From Gracilinanus agilis (lineage: Eukaryota): 64,000 nucleotides of DNA. Position numbers and translations under genes: made by a program. Below, in pieces: positions 13,724 through 25,255 of this stretch. A model generated the notes under the pieces. That model ran no database searches. It worked only from the letters and a program-made list of their open reading frames with translations, and was not told the DNA's origin. Every line of letters begins with the position of its first letter. Within the stretch, counting starts at the first letter, position 1. The stretch covers positions 349,666,926-349,730,925 of the forward strand of contig NC_058133.1 of NCBI RefSeq assembly GCF_016433145.1, written 5' to 3'.

Positions 13724-15714
13724 TGTAATATAAGGAATATGATGCTGCTAATGAGGCTAATATTTGAGGGCACTGGGTGGTTTCAGCTGGGTCTTCAGGC
13801 AGAGAGGCTATCTTTTAGTACAGGATAATTTGGGTCAGCCAGAGATCATGTGAGCCTGACTGAAATGTTTTAGCCAGCCTCCCTGCTGTCCTCAAGCTCC
13901 CTTCAAGGGAGGAGTAAAGAGCCCCTCCCTTCTGGAGAGAAACTCCAAGCCCCAGTAAGTAAAAGCTGGTTCACTTCCTGACCAAGATGGATGCCTGGTT
14001 TAGCCCCCAGGAAATGAAGGAAAATTATCTTTCCCTCTTTAGCCTTTGTCCTAGTTGTTGGTACAATGAATCACCAGAAGCTCTTTGAATAAAGGCCACA
14101 GGGGTTTATTAAAGCCAAGGGTAAGCTGAGGGAAGAGGGCAGGCAAGGTCTGGTAACAAATTGCTAAGGTTGAAGCCAGTGTTGGGGGAGAGGGGTCATG
14201 GAAGGAAGAAGTCGGGCTGAGGGAGCCAGCCCTCAGCCAGGGATAAATTTCACTGTCCTGATGTAATAAGGTCTATCAGATTACTAAAATGAGGTGATGG
14301 CTTGGTTTAAAGTTGTCACTGCCTGCCTATAGAAGCTAGTTCCCACAATCTCCACCCCCAAAATTCCCTCCTCCCAGGGCCTAATGGGGAGATCCAGGGG
14401 ATAGCAGGATGTCAAGGGAGAGGTAAAGGGAAATCAGCTCAAAACCAAAAGCCCAAAAGCAAAAAGCAAAAAGCCCCACAGTTGGTTCTGCAGGAATATT
14501 TATAGTCCCAGCTCTCACAGTTTTTGGCTGTGAGACCACCAGTCAGCCTGGGTCAACATTCCATCTCCAACTGTCAGGGTTGCTTCTGTTGGTTTTGCAA
14601 AATGCAAGAGATTCTTGTAGCAACCCTGCATTACAATTTGCTCATTTGTCTTTTGGAAATTCGCACCTTGCAACATTTCCAGGTCCCTAAAATCTCAAGG
14701 AAATCTACACTTACACTAAAACTAAGCTACAACTATGCTCTTATCCCTAAGTTCTGCAAAATAAGAAAAGGGTTCTTAGCTTCTATTTCTATTCTAAGAC
14801 TATTCTAAGCTAAAGCTAAGATGGGTTATGGGAAAAGTATAGGAAAGAAATGGGGATTTAAGTTTTTTAAAATTTTGAACAGAAAGGAAAATTGAGATTA
14901 AATGTGAAATGTCAACAAGCAATCTTAAAGCAAACATTTGCTAAATAAAACAAAGTAATAAACTCTATCTATGAACTTTTTATGAACTAACAACAAAAGT
15001 ATCAACTAAGAAAAATTTCTAGCAAGTTTCTAAAATCCTAATTCATTTTTCCCAAGTTAGTATATCAATATGTTAGTACCTTATGCCTAAGTTAGAAGCA
15101 TTAGTAAGAATAAGTAAGCCTAATACTATTATAAGTCTTTTTGGTTAAACCAATAGACTTAAGCTATATACAATATTTACAAAGAAAGTTGAGAAAATTC
15201 TGTCCCTGTTCTAACTTATCAGACTAACTAAATTGTCCCTGTGTGTTAGTAAGACTAAGAAATTTATTACTAAGTGTTAGTAAGCAAACATTTACATATT
15301 TACATTCTTTCTTTTAAAAGGAATGTCAGGTGATTTGAGAACTAAAGTAAGAGGAAAACTCTAAGCTAAGGCAGACAAACCCTTCTCTCCTAAGTGTAAA
15401 TTTAGTGTTTCTCATGTAGATGTGAAGTCAGAAAATGTTTTATGTGTTGTCCAGTGTGACCTACCCATGTAATGAAGTGTTACATACTTACTCCTCCGGA
15501 ATTCTTCTGCAAATTACATGTACTGCGTGGATGGATTCCTAAAGTGTTGGGTGCAGTTAGAATTCTGTTGGGTTTAAGTTGTGCTCTCCAAGTGCATGGA
15601 TCCAACGCTGATCCAATGCTCCTCTTCACAGTGCGGTTGTGGCCACAGAATTTTCTCAAATATTAGCCTCTTGAGCAGCATCATATTTCCCATATTACAT
15701 TTTCCTGCATTACA
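13724..15714 (-). mobile_element. Composite ERV-like insertion: 912-bp LTR, ~830-bp non-coding internal part, inverted mini-LTR; 4-bp TSD ATAC
   Basis: TGTAAT at 13724 and ATTACA ending 15714. ATAC at 13720-13723 and 15715-15718, with L1 sequence continuous across the insertion. The LTR 13724-14635 has a minus-strand TATA (~14495). No internal ORF over 100 aa. Confidence 0.8.
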
Positions 15715-16051
15715 ATACATACCTAGCAGTGGTATTGCTGAATCAACAGATATGTAGAGTTTTATGGCCCTTTGGGGCATGGTTCTGGATATTTCTCCAG
15801 AATGGTTATATCAGTTCATAGCTCCACCAACAGTGTATTAGTATCCCAATTTTTTCACATCCTTTCCAACACATGTCACATTAGTCAATTTGATAGGCGT
15901 GAGATGGTACCTGAGTTTTTTTAATTTACATTTCTCTAATTAATCATGATTTGAAGCATTTTTTCATATAACTAAATATAGTTTTAATTTCTTTATCTGA
16001 GAATTACTTGGTTATGTCCTTTGAGCATTTGTCAATTGGAGAATACTTTGC

Positions 16052-16096
<45 letters not shown>

Positions 16097-16210
16097 GTGA
16101 CTGAGTTCTCTATATATTTGAGAAAGGAGTCCTTGGTGCATTCATTCATAAGACTTCCATCACATTTTTTTTTGGTTTGTTTTTGGTATCCATATTATGG
16201 TATGATTTGG
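15715..16210 (-). mobile_element. L1 3' region (part 2)
   Basis: 'atacctagcagtggtattgctg...ctccaccaacagtgtattag...catttgtcaattggagaat' continues the L1 from 13723. Confidence 0.85.
16053..16093. repeat. (TA)n microsatellite
   Basis: Direct reading. Confidence 0.95.
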
Positions 16211-16415
16211 ATCTTTCAGCACATCCATTACCTAGGTAAGCCCAGAAAATGTTACGTTACATTATGTTCATTCCCTAATAATATAGGGAAGAGGTAGTAA
16301 AGATGAAAATCTTTCCTTAGATAAAAGATATGGAACAACCATATCATTAGACAAATCTTGCATGTTCTTGATTCTCTCCTATTTTGTAGATTAAATTCAG
16401 TCTTGTGACCTTATT

Positions 16416-16630
16416 GTTCAGGCATGTTTCAGTCATTACTGACTCTTCATGAGCCCATTTTTTTAGAGATCCTAGAGTGCTTTGTAATTTCCTTCTCCAG
16501 CTCATTTTATAGAAGAATTAAGGCAAGTGTGGTTAAAGTATTTTGCTCAGAATAACACAACTCTAAGTTTATGTATTTGGATTTGAACTTAGGAAGATAA
16601 GTTTTCTTTATTATCCACTGAGCCACCTAG
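16416..16630 (-). mobile_element. MAR1-type marsupial CORE SINE
   Basis: 'tttcagtca...tttccttctccagctcattttatag...ggatttgaacttaggaagat...tccactgagccacctag'. Confidence 0.75.
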
Positions 16631-17319
16631 ATACCACTCAGTCTAGTGGGGTTGCATCATAATTGAAAATAATTGAAATATTTGAAATTGTGTTCACATT
16701 TCTTTCTCCCTTTCCTCCAGTCTTCTTTGCCCTATCACATTGATATAACCTAAGAGAGCTGAATATATACTGTTTTTAAAATATCGAAGATACAACTCAC
16801 CAGCTGGAAAGATTTTTCATGAGGCTGATAATTTACTGCATGTATATGCTTTACTCTTCTTTGGGTGGAGAAAAGGCAAAATGATTGAGCATTTTTCTCT
16901 CTAAGAGTGAGAAACACTTTTCTCCTCATCAGTAAAATAACTGGTAAATGTCTAACAGCTGTTATAGACAGCAGAGTGTTAAGAATGACAGTGATAAAGT
17001 GTGGCTCAAATATACACTTTATCTGTGCTTTTCTTAAGGGTATAATTCAATTCAAGAAACACTTATTAAGTGCCTAACGTGTGAAAAATAATGTGCATTA
17101 TTATTTTTATTGTTCTATATTTTCAAGGTCCCAATCCTATATTTGAAAATGTTAGTCTCACTTACTTCTTACATGGTATTGACAAGGAATGTGCTGATAA
17201 TATTGTAAGATCATAGATCTAGAGCTGGAAGGAAACTTAGATACCACCTAGTCAGTCTATCTCATTTTAGAGATGAGAAAACTGAAACCCAGTGGAATAG
17301 GGAGGTTTTGGCACATTAA

Positions 17320-17670
17320 TTAACTAGAGATAGTTCAAAGGAGAACAGCCAGGATAACAAGGGAAACTGTGTTGATGCCATGTGATGACTGACTGAAAAA
17401 AACGGGGCATTAACCTGGCAAAGACAAAGATTTATCCGTCTTTGAGTATTTGAAGAGCTGTCAAATTGAGGAAGAACTAGACTTCTTATATTTCACCCTT
17501 GAGGAAAAAATTAGCAGCAGTTAGTAGAAATTGTAGTGTCAAATTTAGCCTTAATGTTAAAACAACTCTTGAACAATTTATGCTGTCCAAATATAGAATG
17601 GGCTGCTTGGAGAAATGATAGATTCACCCTCCTTGGAAGTCCTCAAGCAAAGTTTAGACAATTGCATGCC
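17320..17670 (+). mobile_element. CR1/L3 LINE 3' fragment
   Basis: 'tttgagtatttgaagagctgtca...gaactagacttctt...atgggctgcttggag...ccctccttggaagtc' matches the recalled L3 3' end. Confidence 0.7.
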
Positions 17671-18600
17671 ATATATTTTACAGTGGGGATTCTTTTTCAT
17701 ATATGTACATATATGTATATTGGACTAGATAACTGCTGAGATCCTTTTCAGTCTTCCATCTGTAATTTTGTAAAATAAATGGCCCAAGATCATAGAGGTA
17801 ACAAATATCTGAGGTAGAATTCGAACACAGATCTGAAGTCCAGAAGCAACATGATTTCCACTGTACCTGGTGTCTCATCCTTATTATCTAATTATGTTAT
17901 ATAAAGTGATTTTATTTCAATTGTCATTCAGAAAAATATGGAAAACTTCTTACATTATTAATAATTTATATTGTAAATTTTACTGTGATCACATATTCAT
18001 TTTTCATTAATTTTCTTAGAATTCATAGCTTTTTTATATGTGAAATGGAGATTAATTTTAAGCCTGAGCCAGTTAATGTTGACTGTAGTAATTATTAAAA
18101 AAGTTTGAGGATTTCTTTTTTTTGCTTGTTTTTATTCCTGAAAATGAAACACACACACATCTACAGAGAGAGACAAAGGTAACCCTGGCTAATTATGATG
18201 ATTTTCCTCTTCAAAGAAGAGTTAGAAGAATAGCCCTTATTTGTTGGATAAACTCTTATGCAAAGAACATCCATAGAAGACATTGAATCCTCATTAAATG
18301 TGGTTACAATTGGTTGCCCTGGGCTTTTCATAAGCAGCCAAAAATTACTGGGTAAAAGCATCTGTGGATTCAGTAGATTAGACCAGTGATTGCCCAGAAG
18401 TCAATAGAAACTACTAAAACTGAATCACTACCATCTAATGGGAGCATTTTTTTAATGCTTACAAACCTCACAAATGCATAATGTCCTCATGAATTCATTA
18501 GAGTTGAGCTCTGATAATAAACTTGTAATGTAGATATGCCGACAAACAGGGAATCAATCAAGTGTGACAGCATAGAGCATAAACATTCATAATTGCTTGT

Positions 18601-18647
18601 TTAGACAGCAACAGAATCAAAGGCAGTTACATTGATGGCTAAAGTAC
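18601..18647 (-). CDS. Candidate terminal coding exon (GTLAINVTAFDSVAV*)
   Basis: Strong minus-strand acceptor 'cagttcctctcttcatttctag|G'. Phase 1 is compatible with the 20872-21027 exon. AATAAA on the minus strand at 18131-18136. Confidence 0.25.
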
Positions 18648-19289
18648 CTAGAAATGAAGAGAGGAACTGTTATTGATGGAATTTAAAACACACATAGAAG
18701 GCACCATATTGCCAAATATGTTACAGTACTGATGGCATGTTTGAACAATGCACAGAAAGAGATGCATAATTATGCAAGTGCTTACTTAATGTCACACACC
18801 TGGTTCCCACTCGGAATCAATGTCTGTTTTAAAATTAACCATGAAGAAAAAAAATGGGAGTTCATGAGGAAGATGCATGCTAGTTTTTGAAATTAAATTG
18901 TAGACTTTTAAAAATATTTCCTTTTATTTTATTTCAAGTTTCAGAAGTAAAAAGTTAAATTAGAAAACCAAAGAAGTAAATTATACTTGAGATCTTTAAA
19001 AATTACTATAATTTTAGAGATTGGAATTTTGATGCTCCTTAGTACTTGCATGGTAGCATCAAATTATAGTATTGTAGGTGTATCATTTTTCTTCTTGAGA
19101 AAATGTCTTTTCACTTATGTTATTAATAATCAACTGGTCATTGGTAAATTGTTCCTCAAAGATCTTAAAGCAAAACAAAATTGTTGCAGCTTCTTGAAAT
19201 GTGATTATTTCCTTCACATATGAAAAGTTATTCTGTGCCAAAGCAGCTGTAAACATCATAGACATATTGTGTTTTATGGAAAAAATGTG

Positions 19290-19990
19290 TATTATTTTCC
19301 TACAAAAAGTTTTCTTGAACTAACACTTAATATTTCATTCCAATTACATGACATATAATCTTTTTTCTTTAAATTCTTTTTCAGTTTTATGTAGAAACAA
19401 TTTTGACAATTTTTTCTGACATTTAGAATCAGATTTTTCTCTCTTCTTCCCTCTCCCACTCTCCTTAAGGAAGTAAATAGTCTGATATAGGTTGTTCCAG
19501 TGTTTTCTTGCAATACGTATTTCCCTATTGCTCATGTCACACATACAATAAAAAACTCATGAAGGAAATAAGATGGAAGATGTCATATTATCTGTAGCCT
19601 GAATCTTAACAGTTCATTCTTTGACAGTGGATAGCATTTTTCATCACGAGTGCCATGTGGTTATCTTGGAAACTTGTTTTACTGATAGTGGTTTAGTCCT
19701 TCACAGTTGATCATTGCATAATATTTCTGTTACTGCAGACATTGTTCTCCTGGTTCTGCTCAATATACTTTGTCTCAGTTCATATAAGTCTTTCCCCCAT
19801 GGATGGATAATCCCTAAGTTTCCAATTTTTTGTCACTACAAAAAGACCTGCTAAAAATAATTTTGTACAGGGAGGCCCTTTTCCCTTATCTGTGATCTCT
19901 TTGACATACAGACTCTGCTGGGTCAAAGAGCATGCATAGTTTTATCACTTTTGGATGTGATTCCAGAATGGCTATATTTGTTCACAGTTG
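19290..19990 (-). mobile_element. L1 3' fragment
   Basis: Antisense L1 text ('gtggatagcattttt...cacagttgatcatt...ttgttctcctggttctgctc...ccactacaaaaag'). Confidence 0.8.
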
Positions 19991-20043
19991 CATCTCATAT
20001 TATTTAACCTAATGACACAACATATTAAAAAATAACTAGGTAC

Positions 20044-20238
20044 GGGGGCAGCTGGGTGGCTCAGTGGATTGAGAGCCAGGCCTAGAGACGGTAGGTCCTA
20101 GGTTCAAATCTGGCCTTAGACACTTCCCAGCTGTGTGACCCTGGGCAAGTCACTTGACCCCCATTGCCTACCCTTACCACTCTTCTGCCTTGGAGCCAAT
20201 ACTTAGTATTGACTCCAAGATGGAAGGTAAGGGTTTAA
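20044..20238 (+). mobile_element. SINE1_Mdo-type SINE, full length
   Basis: Consensus head and tail. TSD AAAAAATAACTAGGTA on both sides. Confidence 0.93.
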
Positions 20239-20871
20239 AAAAAATAACTAGGTAGAAAAATTCAAGAAGAATCTACATTGATCTAGATTTCAAATGCTGT
20301 GTGGAGATGTATTATGCCTTTTGCTTATCTGTCCATGGAGGAGAGAATTGTGTATAGTCTAGGAACAGTGAACCTTTTTAATGTGATCTTTGACGTGTTT
20401 TCATTTTCTTTTCATATTTCAATGAAAACATTCAGTAATGAAAATAATGTTGTGAAGACCTGACTAGAGGGCAGTGGGGGGTGAAGAGGCACTTGATCTT
20501 CTCCCTATCTTACATATTTCCCCCCAAATTTCTGTGGCCATAGTTTACTCTAAGAATAGATGCTTCACTTTTCACTCACAATGTCGTGAGGTCGATCTGT
20601 CTTATCTCTTTCACTTTCCCCTACTTATTTTCTGTCAAATTAATGTACAACTTTAATTTCATGTCAGGAGGAGGCATTAGAGTAGGTTTCCTATAGAGTT
20701 TGCATCCTATAAATATATACACACATATGCATATGTTCAAGTATGTTTTAGATACTTATTGCCATTCCTGAAGTCTAAATCTAAGAGGCAGCTAAGTGCT
20801 AGATCACAGTTCTTTTGTGACTTCATATCTGGTCTAATACATTTCTGTCAGTTCCTCCCAAATATTATTAC

Positions 20872-21027
20872 CTGGTATGGCCAGCCTTCCGGTGATAAGT
20901 CCCTTTACACTGGTCTGAGGGGGGCAGACATGGAGTCTCTTGGAGATGCCGTACTCAAAGCTTTTTAGCTTGGTAAAACCTGGCGGATATGGAACTGCTG
21001 GCATAGCCTTTGGAAACCCCAAATCAC
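20872..21027 (-). CDS. Candidate symmetric (phase 1-1) 156-nt coding exon: (G)DLGFPKAMPAVPYPPGFTKLKSFEYGISKRLHVCPPQTSVKGLITGRLAIP; gene not recognised
   Basis: Acceptor 'ggcctttag|G' and donor 'CCAG|gtaata'. Only one minus frame is open and the length is a multiple of 3. GC is raised, with 3 CpGs in a CpG-poor window (two at codon 3-1 boundaries). No repeat similarity seen. Confidence 0.5.
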
Positions 21028-21682
21028 CTAAAGGCCATAATGAGGTTTTTATTGTCTATCATACTCGCCTTTAAATTGAGATATCCACAGACTATGAGAT
21101 TTAATACCAGACAGATATTGCTGAATCTGGAAGAAGAAAAAACTGAAATGGTAGTTTACATTTTTTAATTTTTTTTAAATTTTTTTTTTACCATTTAGGT
21201 CCTTGTGTTGAGGTGGATATTGGATGAATATCATCAGTTGGTGGTGATACTGTTGCTAATGGAAGTGGGATGCATTAAAAAGCAACTCTTTTTGACAACC
21301 CTTTATTAGCTATCAGCAATTAAATATATTAAGAACCCTTGTTGTGCATACTCTTTCAACCACAGAACACTAAGGATGTATATGTTATAATTACAATTAT
21401 CTGTTCTTCTCATTGTCCTGCGGAGGAATGCACTGTAATTCTGGCAGCCAGGCTGCATAGTTGGCTTGCTTTCCTTGGACTGCAGATGTCTAATTGCAGG
21501 CAACCATTTCATTTCAAATGGCTCATTAAAGTAGAAGCCATTTAGAATCCGTAACATGGATCTGCATCCATGATTATGCATTTAATTAGAAAAGTAAGGT
21601 TTTTTTCCTTTGTATGAAGGCTTTGAAAAATATTCATTTCTTTATTCTGGCACAGTTGAAGTAGCATGCCTAATTTATCCAT

Positions 21683-21684
<2 letters not shown>

Positions 21685-21727
<43 letters not shown>

Positions 21728-21737
21728 GTGTGTGTGT
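21685..21737. repeat. (TG)n microsatellite
   Basis: Direct reading. Confidence 0.97.
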
Positions 21738-22454
21738 AAAATATACCAATGATGAAATCATAACATTTATTTATTAATCTTGATAAATTAGATATAACCT
21801 CCCTAGGACTTCTTGTTATTCTTGTTGTTTGTTGCATGTTTTCCTGTCTGGGTTGCATTTTATTTTAATAAATGAATGAATAAACTTACTGAAGTATCAT
21901 TTGCTGATTACTATGCCAAAATAGCGAAGAATTCCTTAACCACCTAATTCACTGCTCCTTAGAAATTAGACGGATAAAGTATATCATCCTTTTCCTATGC
22001 AAGAAATACTTCTTATGGAGTAGGGTGCCTTCATTTGGTTGCATGGGGACAAAGTAAAATGAAAGCAGTCATTTAGAAATGGAATGTGCATAGTAGGTAA
22101 TCTCAGTACCTCCACTAGGGATTTTCTGGTTCTGAAATCTACAAATGCCATTCTAAGAGTGGAGACAATGTATTTGTCATAATTCTATGAAGATAGTTAA
22201 TGACTGAGTGTATGAACTGCAATTAATTGTTCAGGTATTGACTGAAAGTTTATGTAAATAATTGCAAATTATTTGCAAATTACCTTAGGTTTTTTAGATC
22301 AACACAATTCCGTGAATAAAATGTCAGGATATCTTACATCAGTAACAAAAGAAAAGATAAACAGTCTTTTGCCATGATATTTAAAAAAAATCTAATTGGG
22401 ATATAAAACATAGTGTTATGTATTATATCACTTTATTTTTTAAATTGAGGGCAG

Positions 22455-22511
22455 GCCTTGGAGCCAATACACAGTACTGACTCCGAGACTGAAGGTAAGG
22501 GTTTAAAATAA
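22455..22511 (+). mobile_element. 5'-truncated SINE1 tail (~55 bp) with TSD
   Basis: 'ccttggagccaatacacagtactgactccgagactgaaggtaagggttt' flanked by aaa(t/a)tgagggcag at 22442-22454 and 22512-22524. Confidence 0.85.
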
Positions 22512-24904
22512 AAAATGAGGGCAGAAGATAGGCTACATAGAAGTAAAAAGTAACTTGGTTTGGATTATTAATTTTAAAAGCAATATACAAAAATGTGTGA
22601 TCCTCACTAGAAGTGTTCCTTGGACACCTCTTCTGTGTTTAAGAGATAACTCTAGGTTCTTAAAGGATGTGATAACATAACAGAAGCTATAATACATCTT
22701 GACTAACTTGAAAGGCTTTGGGTATTGACTGGTGATGAACTCTGTATCTGTCATTCAAGGACAAGCCTAACTAAAATTCAGAGAGACTTATATCTGTAGA
22801 TTTGTCCAGCAGTTGATGGATTTGGCAAATACTGGTGCTATTAAGCTATATACTAAGATCAGGAAAGGATACATTTGGATTTGTAGAAGAAGTACCTGCA
22901 CTGAGAATATTATAGAACTTTCAAGTGTTAAAGCCTAGAGATGTGAAAAAGGTTTAATTTACCCAATATTCTAATAAAAATCAGATATATAAAAGCCTTG
23001 AAGGCCCTTGAACTCTAAAGTTGGAGCAATGTGTTTCCATAATAAAATATAGTTTAAGATTGGCTACCACTGGGAATTTTTTAATCCCTCATTGCTCTCT
23101 TGATGGCCCAGGCTGTTTTTTGTTTTTTGTTTTAGTTTTTCAATTCTTGAATTATAGGAAAAAATAAAGTGGGGTTGTCTCTACAAAAAGGAAAAGAAGA
23201 ATTTTTGAGAGTTTAATTTTTCTTTTAAGAGAGCTTAAGGAGCCCAGGGCCATTTTTATTATTGAATAGATTCTTTTCTACATGCTTTTTGGATACCTCT
23301 CATTCCAAAACTTTCCATGTAATTCGTTATTTTGAACTTTTCCCTTCTTCCTCTGTGCCCATACGCCAAAAACTTTATCCTACTTCCTGGTAGAGTATGA
23401 TCTCTAGATCCCTGGCATTTTATTACCGTATGTTTTATGGTTGGTCTTTGTTATGTGAAAGGAACTTCTCTGCATTTTGCACTTAAGTATTCTATCTGCT
23501 ACTTGAGACTTGTAGTCAATATAGTCCAGCAAGCTAGAAAGTCTGGGGGTATATATAGAGCTGAAGGGACCTTAAAAGTCATAGAGTACCAATCTTTCAT
23601 TTTACAGCTGAGGAAATTGAGGATTGAAGCATTACATTTTTACTGCCTAACAAAGCTTTTATTTTTAAAAAAGCACATAATTTGAAATGTATACATCAAT
23701 TCATTGTTATTGTCCATTTTCAAACTATAAAGAATGCATCCACTAAAATCCACTTGGAAATGTGGAAGCGATGTCAGTGTAATGGGATTTCTAGAAGGAG
23801 CTACCAAGCCCAAAAAGCTTCAGGTAAGGACCTGGTTATGGATTGCATCTGGAGATTGACCCAATTAAGTTTGAAGGGTCTTATTGCTAGCTTAGCTATA
23901 TGGTAATTAGTTTCTCAGCCATTGCAAATCTGGATATTTCTTTAAGTTGTATAGCAGTGGGAGTGAGAATCCATAGGGATAAAAATCATAGTCAGTGCTG
24001 ATTATTCAGCTACCCCTATCTTTCTTTATCTTCCACTTTTGCTTGTAACAGATTGAAGCTGATGCAAAAGTCCCCTTTCTTTCTTCCCGCTCCAGTCAGT
24101 ACAACTTTTAGGGTATAAATCACAACATCTACCTGTAAGTATATCTCAATTGCTAATCATCCATGAATCTTTCTTGAATATTCCAAGTCAGTGTTTCTTA
24201 ATGTGATGTCTTTGAACTTAAAAAAAAAAAAGATAGCCGCATTTCATTATGACCAATTTCCTTTTTAAACATGTATTTTATATCACACATTTAAAACATT
24301 ATTTTTCTCTGAAGGGGTCTATAACCTTTACCAGATTGCCAAGGGGCCCCATTATTTGAAAAAGTTTAAAAGCCTCCACTTTAGTTGGTATTGGTTTTTT
24401 CCCTTTCAGAATTCATGAATTAACTTATCATATATTTTGGATTTTAGCTTGTGAATTTCTCCCTCTTCTAATGGTTTGTATGATCTGTGAGAGCTGGGAC
24501 TGTGTTGTACAGAGATTTTAAAAAATAATTTTCTCTAGCACCTAGTATAGTGCTTTTCACATAGCAGAAGTCTGGTTTCAAATGAATTGAATTGATAAGA
24601 GCTTAAAGAAAGATAGATATGAGTTAAAAAGGGGAAAAAAAGGAAGAGGGGGAGAGAAGTGAAAATGAGTTGCTCAACAAATTCCCAAGTATTAGGAAAT
24701 TATTCTCCTTATCTTGATATTTATTTGGGTGACAAACTTTAAAAGAAGCATCTTATCACTCTGTTGAGATTCCTATTACCTGATTAACCATGTTTTTGCA
24801 GCTCTTCAGCTATTCACTACAGATTTTCTGCTCTGAATGAGATATGATGGAGGTGGAGTGAGAGGAAGAAGTATGAGAAGCAGTACAATTTGACTCAAAT
24901 ATAA

Positions 24905-25255
24905 AAGAGTGGTGTTTAAACTCTTTTTGTGTCACAGATTGCTTTGGTAGTCTGATAAAGCCTAAAAATGCCTTCTCAGAATACAGTTTTTAAATGTATA
25001 AAATAAATTATATAGGATTATAAAAGATAACAATGATATTGAAAAATAATTATCTAAATAATATAGCAAAGTATCTAATCCCAGGCTAAGAATTACTGAT
25101 ATAGAATAAGGGAACCATATGAAATAAATCTGGAAAGATAGCCAGAAAACAGTTAGAGCATTGAAGTACATGTGGAAGGATAGGCACTTACTATTCTTAT
25201 AGTTAAATGAATTAAAGGTAGTGCCATATTTTAAAAGTTCGTGAACACTAGATTT
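24905..25255 (+). mobile_element. Old hAT/Charlie4-like non-autonomous DNA transposon remnant
   Basis: 'tttttgtgtcacaga...ctttggtagtctgataaagcct...ttctcagaat...tttttaaatgtataaaataa...ataggatta' matches the recalled Charlie4-type MITE. Confidence 0.6.

Noticed and set aside
11630-14635. The two related LTRs as the ends of one provirus
   Set aside because: They are too diverged, L2 and L1 pieces lie between them, and the second has its own TSD inside an L1.
13724-15714. DIRS/tyrosine-recombinase element with an internal complementary region
   Set aside because: A TSD is present, and the terminal copies are not arranged as the complement of a circle junction.
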